From: Chiloscyllium plagiosum
Taxonomy: Eukaryota
Assembly: GCF_004010195.1 (NCBI RefSeq)
Contig: NW_025215319.1
Span: 1-40,001 of the forward strand
Reading direction: 5' to 3'
DNA: 40,001 nucleotides
The position numbers and the translations under genes are program-made. A model generated the notes under the pieces. That model had not been told where the DNA came from, ran no database searches, and was given only the letters and a program-made list of their open reading frames with translations. The stretch's first letter is position 1. Every line of letters begins with the position of its first letter. This document shows, piece by piece, positions 22,279-34,255 of this stretch.

Positions 22279-23094
22279 GTTTTTTTAATAAGACTTTAGT
22301 GAGACCACTCCTCAGTTATGAAGCTGCCTCTTCTCAGCCTATCTCCATGACCACATCTGGAATATTGTGTCTATATTTAGTCTCCTTACTTGAAGATGGA
22401 TGTAGTGGTACTGGAAGCTGTTAAGGGAAGGACCATATGGTTATTTTCCAGGGATGAACGGGCTGTGATATGATGAAGGTTGAAATAGCTTAGGCTTGTA
22501 CTCGCTGTACTTCAGAAGAATTAGAGTCCATTTGATTGAGGTATGTAAAATGCTTAAGAGCATTTATAAGGTGGGTATGTTGATCAGGTTGTCCCTTATG
22601 TGGCACAGGCTTGAAAAGGAGCTCATAGAGTTAGAGTGAGAGGAGGTAGCTTCAAAACCGAGATGTGGAGAAGCTACTCTCTCAGGGTTTTGTGAATCTG
22701 CAACTCAATGCCCGACAGTTAAGTGGCAGCAGAATCAATCAACAGGTTCAAGAAAGAAATAGATGTGTTCCTGATGAAATGCGTCATAAAGGGCTGTGGG
22801 GATTAGGTAGGATTGTGGATTTGAGACCAGGTTAAGATCAGCCTTGATCATGTTTCATGGCGGAGCAGGCTCTGAGGAATGATTTGCCTACTCCCACTTC
22901 TAAATATTATATTCCTGTGTTCCTATTGAAGCTAAGCCACCATAAATTATTCGCTGTATTTACTGAACTTCGTTTCCAATTTATGAGCATGACGTGAAGC
23001 TAAAGTATTTAGTTTCAGAGAGTAGCTCATAACCTACATGAGTTATTGTCCTGCTAAGCAGTTACAATTCATCGATTTTGAATACTTTAACAAA

Positions 23095-23420
23095 TGGTGA
23101 CATGGTGGCTCAGTGGTTAGCACTGCCTCAGCACCAGGGATCCAGGTTTGATTCCACCCTTCGGCGACTGTGTGGAGTTTGTACATTCTCCCGCTGTCTG
23201 TGTGCATTTCTGCTGGGTGCACTAGTTTCCACCCACATTACAAATACGTGCCAGTTTAGGTGAATTGGCCATGCTAACTAACCCATAGCATTCGGGGCAT
23301 GTAGGTGCGTTAGCTGTGAGGTATGCAGGGTTACAGGGATTGGCAGGGGATGGGCTGGTTGGGTTACTCTTTGAAGATTGGTGTTGACTCGTTGGGACGA
23401 TTGGCCTGTTTCCACAATGA
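23095..23420 (+). mobile_element. HE1-like V-SINE, near full length
   Basis: A-box GGTGGCTCAGTGGTTAGCACTG, B-box-like GGTTTGATTCC, core TGTGTGGAGTTTGTACATTCTCCC and tail TTGGCCTGTTTCCAC. Confidence 0.85.
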
Positions 23421-23499
23421 ACCGCTTCAATTCAATCCAATTACCTGTCCAGTTGATGTTGGCACTCAGACTGGATCAGATCTATCCAAGGATTTTGCG

Positions 23500-25975
23500 T
23501 GGACAGGAGAAAGTATGGGGTCACTAGATATAAGATTATATTCTTCCCCAGATTCTGATGAAGTGCCAGGAGACTGGAGGTTTGCCAACATGGCAACCTT
23601 TTTCTAAAATGGGTTGTAAACTAACCCTGTTATTTACAATCTTGTCTGTTTAACTCCAGGGAAGCTTCTGGCAACAATTATTTGGGATAAAGCTAGTAGT
23701 CATATTGAAAAAAGTGGGTAGCTTAGCAAAAGTCATGGTGAAATTGTGCGTAACGAACTTGCTAATGCATTTTAATGAATTAAGTATTGATGAGGGCAAT
23801 GGTACTGATGGTGTTTACATGGATTTTCTGAAGGTACCACGCAACAGACTTGAGGAAGGTTGTCGTTCATAGGACAACAGGCAGGGATAACATGGGTACA
23901 ACATTAACTGCGTGGTGGGAAAGACAGAAAGTGATGATCAATGGATAATTTTGGAGCTAGAGTAATGTTTGGAATAGAGTTCGCAACATGTGAATATTGG
24001 GATCATCATGTTCCGGGAAGGAGGAAGGACAAGGCTTTGTAAGTGATGCTTGGAAAACAAGGGAAAGTGCGAATTTTGTCCAAAGGATAAAATAAGCATA
24101 TTTCAGGTATTTGGGCGCTAAAGTCGGGCATGGCCCATAATGAACATTAAAAAAAAGCAGAAATAACACAAACAGGGAATTAGGAGAGCAAGAAGGTGCT
24201 ATTAAATGACTTCAGCAATTAAGGTTAAAGAGTATCACAAGACATTTTATACATACATTCAAAATAAGAGGATAATAGGGAGAAGGCAGGACAACTCGAG
24301 GATAAAGGAGGGAACATTCATTGGTATTCACCCAGAAGAAAGACATGGAGGATAGTGAATTTAATGTGGAGCATGCGAACAAACCAGGGCATTTTGAGAT
24401 AAGAGAGAAGTGTTGGGTCTCTTGAAGAGCATTTAGTTGAATATGTCTCCAGGGCCTGATGTATCTACCTCAGAGGAAAGAGAGAAGATGGCCTTGGCCT
24501 TGATGATCTTTGCATCCTCGTTCGCCAGTGGACAGATCCTGGAGGACTGGTAAGTATCTAATGTTGTTTTTCTGTTCAAGAAACTGTAGACCAGTCTCTC
24601 ATCAGTGGTTGGGAAGCTGTTCCTCGGATGCTGCCTGAATTGCTCTGCTTTCCAGCACCACTCTAATCTGAACGTTGGGAACCTGTAAGAGAATACTTAC
24701 TATGTATGTGCATTTGGAAAAGCGTGGCCTAATTGGGGAAAATCACATGGCTTTGTGTGGAGAATATCGTGTCTTACTCACTTTGAAATTTTGAGTAGGT
24801 GACAAGATGATCAATTGGGATAGAGCATTGAATGTTGTCTACTTGCTTTTTAGTAAGGCTTTTAACAAGGTCCCCCACAGTAGGTTCATCCAGTAGATTA
24901 AGATGCATGGGATCCACTGTGACTTGTCCATGACCAGTGGTACTGTGCACAAATCAACACTGGGAACTCTTCTGTTTGTGATAAATATAAATGACTTGTA
25001 TGGAAATGTAGTTGGGTGGGTTAGTAAGTTTGCAGATAACAAACAAATTGATGGAGTTGTGCATAGTGTAGAAGATTGTCAAACATTACAGAGGAACGTA
25101 GATAAGTATAAAATGTCAGTGGAGAAAAGGTAGATGGAGTTTAATTTAGGTAATTGTGTGGTGCTGCACCTGGGAGATCAAATGTTAACGAAAACTATAC
25201 AGTTTTTAAAGATGTTAATGCCAGGGCACTGAGTACACTGATGTACAGGGTAATCTTGGAGTTCAAGTCCATAACTCCCTGAAACTGTCCATGAAGATTT
25301 GTAGTGTGGTAAGAAGACACGTGGCATGCTTGCTTTTATTGGTTAAGGGATTTATACAAGACTCAGGATGTATGTTGCAGCTTCATAAGATCTTGGTTAG
25401 GCCACAGTAAGTGTTGCAATCAATTTTGGTCACCACATTACAGAAAGGATAGGGTGGCTTTAGAGTGGGTGCAGTCGAGGTTTACCAGGATGCTGCCTGG
25501 CTTAGAGGGTATGAGATCTCGGGGGAAGCTTGGAACACTTGGATTGTTTTCTCTGGAGTGCTGGAAGGCTCAGGGGAGACTTGACAGAAGTATGTTTCCT
25601 GATCTGCTGTGCTTTTCCAGCACTACATTCTCGACTACAAAAATTCGTTGCAAGAATCGGCTTGACAGTGAGAATCTTTTTTCCAGAATTGAAGTGTCTA
25701 ATACAAAGAGGCATACATGTAACGTGAGAGGGGAAAGTTCGAAGGAGATGTGAAGAGCATGTTTTCAGAGAGTGGTAGGAGTTTGGAACGTGTTGCCAGT
25801 TATGGTTTTGGAGACAGATACAATGGGAGCAGTTGAGATTAGAAGATAAGCACATGAATTTGCAAGGACAGGACTGGTGTGGACCAACCTCAGGCAGAAG
25901 GGACTAGTTTAATTTGGCATCATAATTGATGCAACACAGTTGGCCAAAGGCCCCATTACTGTGCTGTATTGTGGT
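23500..25975 (+). mobile_element. CR1-type LINE ORF2 fragments (at least two copies) ending in a 3' UTR
   Basis: VPGDWRFAN; ORF 24903-25133 with LLFVININDLYGNVVGWVSKFADN; LEWVQSRFTRMLPGLEG; 3' end GGCCAAAGGCCCCATTACTGTGCTGTATTG. Confidence 0.8.
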
Positions 25976-26109
25976 CTGGAAGTGTGAAACTCTGAGGTAA
26001 TTTCCATCAAATGTCTCATGCAGTTTAATGTCGCTCACTTCATTGCAGCTACTAAAGTTATTCTATTGCAGCACTGTGGTTCTGCCTCTCTCTCAAAACA
26101 GAAAAGAAC

Positions 26110-26515
26110 ACAGATAATGGTAGGGCCTTGGGGATTGCAGTTGAATCGGGAGACGTTGGGGTGCAGGTCCATAGTTTCTTGAAAGTGATAGACTGGCTAG
26201 TAAGGAAAGCATTGTCACATATTTCTTCATTGTTCAGAACATTGAGTACAGCAATCTAACATCAAGTTACAGCTGAACAAGACAATGGGAAGCCCACGTG
26301 GAGTACTGGGTGCAATTGTGGTTGTGCTGCTTTTGGACGGATGTCATTGAATTGGAAGGGTGCAAAAAGATTTACTGAGATATCACAGAGAATAGAAGTT
26401 CTCCGTTATAAGGTGAATAAACTAGTTGGGTGAGTCTGGGTCGGATGCTGTTTGGAGAGTTGGTGTGGATTTGTGGATAGAATCACTTGTTAGCACACTC
26501 TTGGGATTCTATTCT
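26110..26515 (+). mobile_element. CR1-type LINE fragment followed by a SINE 3' tail
   Basis: TTGGGGTGCAGGTCCATAGTTTCTTGAAAGT (LGVQVHSSLKV-like), then GGGTCGGATGCTGTTTGGAGAGTTGGTGTGGA. Confidence 0.6.
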
Positions 26516-26654
26516 ATCATCCCCAGCTCAGGAAATCTGGTTGAAATGGATAAGTTGGATCCATTTCCGTGCAGTATGACTCTTCAATCGGACAGTGAGT
26601 GACCTGAGCGGGGAAACACAACTCAGTGTATTTCAACAACTTTGTCATATCTGA

Positions 26655-27470
26655 TAGAGTCATAGAAATATATACATGAAAACTGACTGCTCGGTTCAAA
26701 TTGTCCTTCTTCAGTATCCTATCCAGCTGTGACTCCACTTTCAAGGAACTATGAAACTGGACTCTTTGTTCAGCAACACTCCCCACGACCTCACCATTAG
26801 GTGTAATTAAGTCCCATCCTTATTTGCCTTTCCAAAATGCAGCACCTCACATTTATCTAAATTAAACTCCATCTGCCACTCCTTGCCCCAATTGCCGATC
26901 TGATCAAAATCTTGTACTCTGAGGTAACCACCTTCGCTTTCCACTACACCTCCGATGTTTGGTGGCATTTGTAAACGTAAGACCAATACCTTCGATGTTC
27001 ACATCCAAATCATTTATGTAAATGACGAAAAACAGTGGACCAGTGCTGATCGTTGTGGTTTGCAATTGGTCACAGGCCTCCAGCCTGAAAATCAATTCTC
27101 CACCACCACCCTTTGTCTTCTACCTTCAAGCTAGTTTTGTAGCCAAATAATTCTCCTACTCTTCCGTGCGATCTATCCTTGCTAATCAGTCTACCATTAG
27201 AAATTTTATTGAACACTTTATCCCGAAGTGAATAGATCATGTACACCACTCTGCCCTCATCAATGCTCTTTGCTTCTCCAAGAAATTCAATCAAGGTAGT
27301 CAGACTCTATTTCGCAAGCACAAAGCCATGTTAACGATCCCGAATCAGTACTTGCTTTCCCAAATACACACTTTTCCAAATACAGTACATCCAAATTCTG
27401 TCACTCAGGATTCCCTCCAACAACTTGTTCACAACTCATGTCAGGCTCACCAGTTTATAGTTCCCATTCA
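26655..27470 (-). mobile_element. CR1-type LINE fragments (3' tail stub plus RT region)
   Basis: AGAGTCATAGAAAT tail. ORFs 26904-27095 (GPLFFVIYINDLDVN) and 27070-27294 (IEFLGE..KSIDEGRVV) are RT text. Confidence 0.75.
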
Positions 27471-27566
27471 ATTACAGAACTAACAGTAGTTGCAATGACA
27501 TGGAGGAAAGTTGAATAGGGAATTTAATAATTTCAAAAACAAAACTTCCAATTCTTTTTCTTTCAG

Positions 27567-27662
27567 GACATCAACATTTGGGAAGGTGAAAGGCTGCCAT
27601 GGCTGAATATTTGAAGAAGAGAGAATATTTGATATATTCAACAATAACTGGAATAGACACAG
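27567..27662 (+). pseudogene. Orphan ATG-containing exon, resembling the first coding exon of shark NLR/NACHT (NLRC3-like) genes
   Basis: Acceptor TTCTTTTTCTTTCAG|G, Kozak GCTGCCATGG (ATG 27599), peptide MAEYLKKREYLIYSTITGIDT and phase-1 donor ACAG|GTATTT. The family assignment is from recalled MAE...ST..xDT leaders; no downstream exon found. Confidence 0.4.
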
Positions 27663-30246
27663 GTATTTTCTTAGAATGAAGAAAACAAATTCTCACGGGA
27701 AAAAGACTCCTGAACTCAAGCCAAAAGTTCACATAGGAGGACGCAATAGGCAGGATGCGGGAAGCAAGTCACCATTTGGAATACTTGTCCATCAACTGGC
27801 CCAATGGCTGGAATGAATGTGGACTTCTCTCCCAGCTGGAAAGACACTTCCATCTGAAGCACTAGACGCAAAGATAACATTACTTATTTATCATCCTGTC
27901 CAATTCCAAGGTGTTCTAAACAGTCTCCTAATAGTCATTCTAAATACAGATGAATGATTCTGCAAGGGGTTGCTCTTTTACTCAAGGAAATTACTCTCCC
28001 ATGAGATCAGCAGCAGCAACAACAGCAACTGTGGGAGAGAAAACCCCTCAGAATTTATGTTTTTCCAGTCTATATGAACCTCCCTATATTCGTTCAGCCT
28101 GAGACTTGGACATTAGGTGCAGCGGTGCTTGAGGTTGCAGGGCATGAGGTGAGTGTGGTCCAAATTTATAAGGGCCACGATGCCACCTGGGTAGGTGAAG
28201 GCAAGAAGCTGGGATTTGGCGAGCAGGAGAAGGCTGCGAGATAGAGAGTCGTACTCAACCACTCACGATGTACAGGCGCCAGCCATCTGAAGGACAACTC
28301 TCGATGTGGTGATGGGGTTTTTCTGTGTCACTGGAGAGAAGGAGGGCACCTTTATAGGGTTAGAGATTCGATGCACATGGGAGCATAGGAATAGGCGTGA
28401 GTGTGGTGGGTGCGAAGCAAGAAAAGGAGCCAGAGTAAGCGATTGAGAACTGGTCAGTCATTTTAAGTTAGCTTCCAATGTTCCTGACAAAGGTACAGTT
28501 TAGTTATGATACATAGAGAGGAATAATATATGATCAGTGTCAGTTGAGAGTGGTTTACTGATCTGAGAACAAACAGACATATGTTGTAGGGTGCATTGAT
28601 CTGTGTAGCCTGTGGCAACAAACTTCTGTTCAAGTGTTGGGTACCTCTTTCTCTTCATGTTTCTCCATTTTCTTGACATCTAATGAAGCAGCTGCTTGAT
28701 GAGGACTACTCCTGGACGTCAAGCAATTACAGTGAAGTGACAGCAAATTCCTTCCACGTCTTCGTGATGAATGACTTGGAGGGGATTTTGCAGATGGTTC
28801 CATGTATTTGATGCATTTGTCCTTCACGATGATAGAGGTTTGGATAGTACTGTCTGAGGATCCTTGTCGATAACACGCTCTCCTGCCACTCAGTGTTGGT
28901 TGTGGAGGGAGTGAATTTTGAAGGAGGTGGATAGGATGCAACATGCGATACTGATTTGACCTGTCACTTATCGAACATTTTCAGTGTTGCTTATCCAGGC
29001 AAGTTGGAGATTATTTCATCACATTCCTGATTTGCGACTTGTAGATGGTGGATGGTTTCTACGTCTAATCTGTCTATCCCTTCAAGAATGTTTTACCTTA
29101 AAAGAATGTTGTTTATTCTACTAACCTCCAGAGAAAACACGCCCAGTCTACTCAATTACTAATTTAAAGGACAGCAATCAGTTTAGTGAAAATTCCTGTA
29201 CAACCTCTGAAGTAAATAGGCCAGAGGACCAGAAGTGCACACAACACTCCAGGTGAGATCTCATCTCTATGAAGAAAACCCAAAAGCTAACGTAAGACCT
29301 TCCTTCTTAATTGCTTTTTGCACCAACATGTTAATGTTCAGCAATATCTTGGTCCTTCTGTACATCAATATTTTCAAACTTTACAATGGTAAAAAAGCTG
29401 GTCAGGTAATCTCTGTTTCCCTGATACTGACTGAATGGTATGGTTATCCAGAACAGCTGCATCTGACATGGGGATTGTGAGCAACACCAACAGGAACAGG
29501 TAGGGTGACCTCATTTTCAGATTTGTAAGCATCCTTGAACCGTACTATAGGGAACACACAGGAAAAATGGAAATGATGAAAAAAAAAACTTGTTCAATTA
29601 ATAACTACATTGGCAAGAGAGTGAAAGAGATGCAGGGACACACATGTCAGTAAACAGAAAGTGATTCTCTATCGTCTCGGTGGTGCTAGCCCATTAATTA
29701 AGCAGTAATGCTGCTTATATCCCATGGGCACGATTTTCAGATGAAGATTGGAGTTTCTTCCAGGAGTTGTACAGTTTAGCTAAACTTTCAGAATAGGTGC
29801 AATGATCCACGGCTCTCTTGGGGGTAGTTAGAGGAGATGTGTACTCAGAATCCAAGTACAACAGGACCGTGAAAATGTCCACAACAATGTGCACTTACAC
29901 AGTACTTTTAATCGATTGATACGTCCCACATGGTATTGCACAGGTTCCCAACATTACGTACTGATCACAAACTGACACTGGTGTAGATCCAGTTATTCAC
30001 AACACATATAAGCAACTTGGATGGGTGAATCAAACGTAAAGTATCCAGGTTTGATGATTATTCAGACCTGTCCATCATTGTGTCCGATTTACAGAAGGTC
30101 ATGAGGCTTTGGAATTATATAAAAAGTTAAGTAAATTGTTAAAACCATGGAAGGGGCAAATATGAAATTGTCCATGTCAGTAGAAAGTAAGGGACAAAAT
30201 TGCAGAATATTATTGAAATATTGACCGAATGGAGCAATATTGGCAT

Positions 30247-30526
30247 AGAGTCATAGAAATGTACAGCACGGAAACAGACCCTTCGGTCCAACCCATCCTT
30301 GCCGACCAGATATCCCAACCCAAATCTCTTCCAACCTACCAGCACCCGGCCCAGAACCATCCAAGCCCCTCCAAAGCATGGTCATATCCAGATGTTTTTT
30401 AAATATTGTAATTGTACTAGACTCCACCACTTCCTTTGGCAGCTCATTCCATACACATACCACCTCTGCGTGAAAAGGTTGCCCTTGAGGTCTCTTTTAA
30501 ATCTTTCCCACTCTTACCCCAAACCT
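30247..30526 (-). mobile_element. CR1-type LINE 3' end (left half of a split copy)
   Basis: Tail AGAGTCATAGAAATGTACAGCAC. ORF 30251-30463 has VCVWNELPKEVVESSTITIFKKHLD. Confidence 0.85.
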
Positions 30527-30529
30527 TAA

Positions 30530-30957
30530 TACGGAGACGAGGGATAGGCTGGGATACCTATTTACTTCAGCACAGGAGGTTGAGGGGTGACATTATAAAA
30601 TCAGGAAGAACGTAGATGAGGTGAATAGCAAAGGTCTTTTTCCTCGGGTATGGGAGTTCACAACTAGAGGGCAAAGTGTTCAGGTGAGAGGAGAGCGATT
30701 CAAAAGGGACCTGAGGCCAACATTTGTTACACAGAGAGTGGTTCATGTGTGGATTGAACAACCAGAGGAAGATGGAGATGCAGTAAAGTTACAACATTTA
30801 AATGACCTTTGGACAGATGCATGAATAGGAAAGGTTCAGAGGGATATGGACCAAAGGCAGCGAAATGGAACTACTTTAGTTTGGGGAACATGATGGATAT
30901 GGACAGGCTGCACCGAAGGGTCTGTTTCTGCGCGGTATGAATCGATGACTCTATGGA
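30530..30957 (+). mobile_element. CR1-type LINE 3' fragment
   Basis: ORF 30621-30824 has LFPRVWEFTTRGQSVQVRGERFKRDLR. Tail ATGAATCGATGACTCTATG. Confidence 0.85.
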
Positions 30958-31008
30958 TGTCCTTGTACCGATATCACTGAAATCCAAAATGAAAGTGCAG
31001 CAGGGTTT

Positions 31009-32036
31009 ATAGAACGTAGAACACAGAACAATACAGCACAGAACAGGCCCTTCGGCCCACGATGTTGTGCCGAACATTTTCCCTAGCTTAAGCACCCATC
31101 CATGTACCTATCCAATTGCCGCTTAAAGGTCACCAAAGATTCTGACTCTACCACTCCCACAGGCAGCACATTCCATGCCCCCAGCACTCTCTGGGTAAAG
31201 AACCCACCCCTGACATCTCCCCTATACCTTCCATCCTTCACCTTAAATTTATGTCCCCTTGTAACACTCTGTTGTACCCGGGGAAAAACTTTCTGACTGT
31301 CTACTCTATCTATTCCTCTGATCATCTTATAAACCTCTATCAAGTCGCCCCTCATCCTTCGCCGTTCCAACGAAAAAATGCCTAGCACTCTCAACCTATC
31401 CTCGTACGACCTATTCTCCATTCCAGGTAACATCCTGGTAAATCTTCTCTGCACCCTCTCCAAAGCTTCCGCATATTTTCTGAAGTGAGGCGACCAGAAC
31501 TGCACACAGTACTCCAAATGTGGCCTAACCAAAGTCCTGTACAGTTGTAACATCACTTCACGACTCTTTAATTCAATCCCTCTGCTAATGAACGCTCATA
31601 CACCATAGGCCTTCTTACAAGCTCTATCCACCTGAGTGGCAACTTTCAAAGATCTATGAACATAGACCCCAAGATCCCTCTGCTCCTCCACCTTACTAAG
31701 AACCCTACCGTTAACCCTGTATTCCACATTCTTATTTGTCCTTCCAAAACGGACAACCTCACACTTGGCAGGGTTGAACTCCATCTGCCACTCCTCAGCC
31801 CAGCTCTGCATCATATCTAAGTCCCTTTGCAGCCGACAACAGCCCTCCTCACTATCCGCAACTCCACCAATCTTCGTATCATCTGGAAATTTAGTGACCC
31901 ACCCTTCGATCCCTCATCCAAGTCATTAATAAAAATTGCAAACAGCAGAGGACCCAGAACTGATCCCTGCGGAACTCCACTTGTAACTGGGCTCCAGGCT
32001 GAATATTTACCATCTACCACCACTCTCTGACTTCGA
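31009..32036 (-). mobile_element. Relatively young 5'-truncated CR1-type LINE (RT plus C-terminus of ORF2)
   Basis: ORFs 31817-32023 ([22 protein letters not shown]), 31596-31814 (WQMEFNPAKC) and 31083-31556 (LYRTLVRPHLEYCVQFWSP) with few disruptions. Ends in a (TTCTAxG)n-like tail. Confidence 0.95.
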
Positions 32037-32336
32037 CCTATGCCTTTTAGTTTTAGATTCCCCTACCCTGGGGATAAAGACCTTGGCTTTTCACCCTATC
32101 CATGCCCCTCATGATTTTATAAACCTCTATAAAGTCACCACAGCCTCCAACACTCCAGGGAAAGTAGCCCCAGCCTATTCAGCCTCTCCCTATAACAAAA
32201 CACCTCCAGTCCTGGCAACATCTGTGTAAATCTTTTCTGCACCCTCTCAAGTTTAACAACATTTTTCCTATAGAAGGGTGACCAGAATTGGAGACGGTAT
32301 TCTAAAAGTGGCCTCACCAATGTTGTGTACAGCCAT
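32036..32336 (-). mobile_element. CR1-type LINE fragment (right half of the copy split at 30526)
   Basis: ORF 32135-32344 has LYTTLVRPLLEYRLQFWSPFY. The sequence resumes (ACCTATGCC) where 30247-30526 stops (AAACCT). Confidence 0.8.
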
Positions 32337-32904
32337 TGCTTCATTAATCACATATACTTCAGCTTTTCTATGAGATCAATTGTATTTGTCACTACCATAA
32401 TTAGTTTATAATTTATTAAAGGAATAATGGTCACATTAACACAGATTCTTAGCATACCTTCTCAAAGGTCAATCATTTTGACCATTAAGAAGCGCTAACA
32501 TAAATGAGCAGACTCTCTCTGCCGTCTGTAAGAAATTAAACACTCTGTAAAAGAGTGTGTTACGTTTCCATAGAAACTCAATGTGCAGCATTGGATTTTA
32601 AATGTGCAGAGCCCTACTGCTCATTTCCTGTTGACGACTGAGTTTAGAGAGTCTAATTACTGCATTGTATTGGCACAATCTGTGAACAACTATTCTACTC
32701 TTTGTGTTTATTTTCCTTAGGTACTGGATGCCTGTGTTTCACACTTGTGTACAAACTCAACACTCACTTCTACGTTTTCACAGAACGTTTGCCCCACGTT
32801 CTTCCCTCTTTATCTGAAGGTGCTGATTAATGCTGCGATACATGCTCACAGGTGCTGTAATGCCATGGCACTTTGCTCACTGTTTCATACAGTAAGTGCC
32901 AGTT

Positions 32905-33225
32905 TGTGGCAACAAAGAGCAATTTTGACGCTAGGAGGTGAGTGACTTTTTGATTCCCCAAAGTCTGTCCGACACTTACAAGGCACAGGTCAGGAGTGTG
33001 ATGGAATACTCCCCATTTGCCTGGATGAGTTCAGCTCCAACAACACTCAAGAAACCTAACACCATCCAAGATGAAGCACTTGATTGGTACGCCATCCAAC
33101 ACTTTCAACATTCACACCTTTCAATACCAACAATCAATGACAGCAGTCTGTACTACTCACGACATGCACTCCATAAACTCACCAAGACTCCTTAAGGCAG
33201 CACTTTCTAAATCCATGACCCTCAA
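32905..33225 (+). mobile_element. CR1/L2-clade LINE 3' fragment
   Basis: ORF 32938-33195 has YKAQVRSVMEYSPFAWMSSAPTTLKK. Confidence 0.75.
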
Positions 33226-33473
33226 TGTGGTGATTGTAATGAGGTCAGATGGGTGGACTGCATAGAATACAAATTCCCTGACTGGGGCTGTTAATCTGGT
33301 CCAATCAGGGAGCCCTGGCTGACACACACAAAAAAGGAGTGTTCAGACAATCTGACACTCTGTGAACTGGTTCTGAGGAAACTGGACTGGTGTCGAGGAC
33401 TTTGCACGTGTTAATAAAGGGTGACATGTTGGCAGGATGCTGGCCTCCGTAGAGTTATTTCAGTGGCGACAAG
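33226..33473 (+). mobile_element. Gypsy-type 5' LTR plus primer-binding site
   Basis: Starts TG (33226) and ends CA (33462), with AATAAA at 33413. A PBS-like TGGCGACAAG (33464-33473) follows one base after the CA. Confidence 0.8.
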
Positions 33474-33544
33474 AGTAATGCACATACCTGAAGAAACATG
33501 CTCAACACAGTCTGCTTTGAGTTGAGGTAAGCATTTCTGGCGTC

Positions 33545-34255
33545 ATTCTATTATTTGGGAAGCTTGACCTGTTTGATCCTGCCATCAAAGACTGGGCCCA
33601 ATAGGTGGAAAGAATGTATTTTTTGTTCTGGGTAAATGACATTGGGGCAGATGAAAAGCAATAAGTAATTTTCCTGACAGCTTGTGGACTTGCAGCTTTT
33701 TCAGTTATTAGGAGCCTAATTTAGGAGGCAACAATGCTAAAACCTAATGGATTTTGTTAAGGAATATTTTGACTCCAAACCTCCTGTAATTCTGAAATGC
33801 TAATTTTACTCGGCAATTTGAGAAACAGGGGAATCCGTACTGAGACATTTGACTAGGTTAAGAAGACTGGGAGAGACCTGTGACTTTGGTTTTATTCTTA
33901 ATGAGATACTGAGAGATTGGTTGGTATATGGGATTAATGATGTGCAAAGGCACCTGCTATCTGAAGCCCAACTGGACTTCAAACAGGCCCCAGAATTGGC
34001 TTTATCATTGTAAAATGCAGCACGTGGAGCATATAACTTGCAGGATGGTCCGATGGAAGCGGACACCCTCGCCAGATTGACTGAGGTTGGGGAACACTAC
34101 TTGAGTGAAGGCAATTTCATTGCCTCATTCAGGACACATCCTGATCAGACAAACTCTAGGTCAGCCCACAGAAAACTTCCAGCACAAAGTCAAGCCTCAG
34201 CCAAACCGTTAATATTTTCTTCAGGAGCAAGCGATCGTAGTTGCTGCCAGACACG
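33545..34255 (+). mobile_element. Decayed Gypsy/Ty3 gag region
   Basis: Translation LFGKLDLFDPAIKDWAQ*VERM...NDIGADEKQ*VIFLTACG and, further on, ESVLRHLTRLRRLGETCDFG..LNEILRD.LV.GIND. Stops and frameshifts throughout; no pol or 3' LTR seen. Confidence 0.75.

Larger units (their letters stand above)
20407..22926 (+). mobile_element. Long decayed CR1-type LINE (end of APE endonuclease, RT, 3' UTR) with internal deletions and duplications
   Basis: GVIYRxP and IMxDFN-like motifs near 20530-20640. ORF 21693-22001 has MVDVIFLDFHKVFDKM. The 3' UTR GGCGGAGCAGGCTC...CCTACTCC ends in an ATTCCTGTGTTCCTAT tail. Confidence 0.8.
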
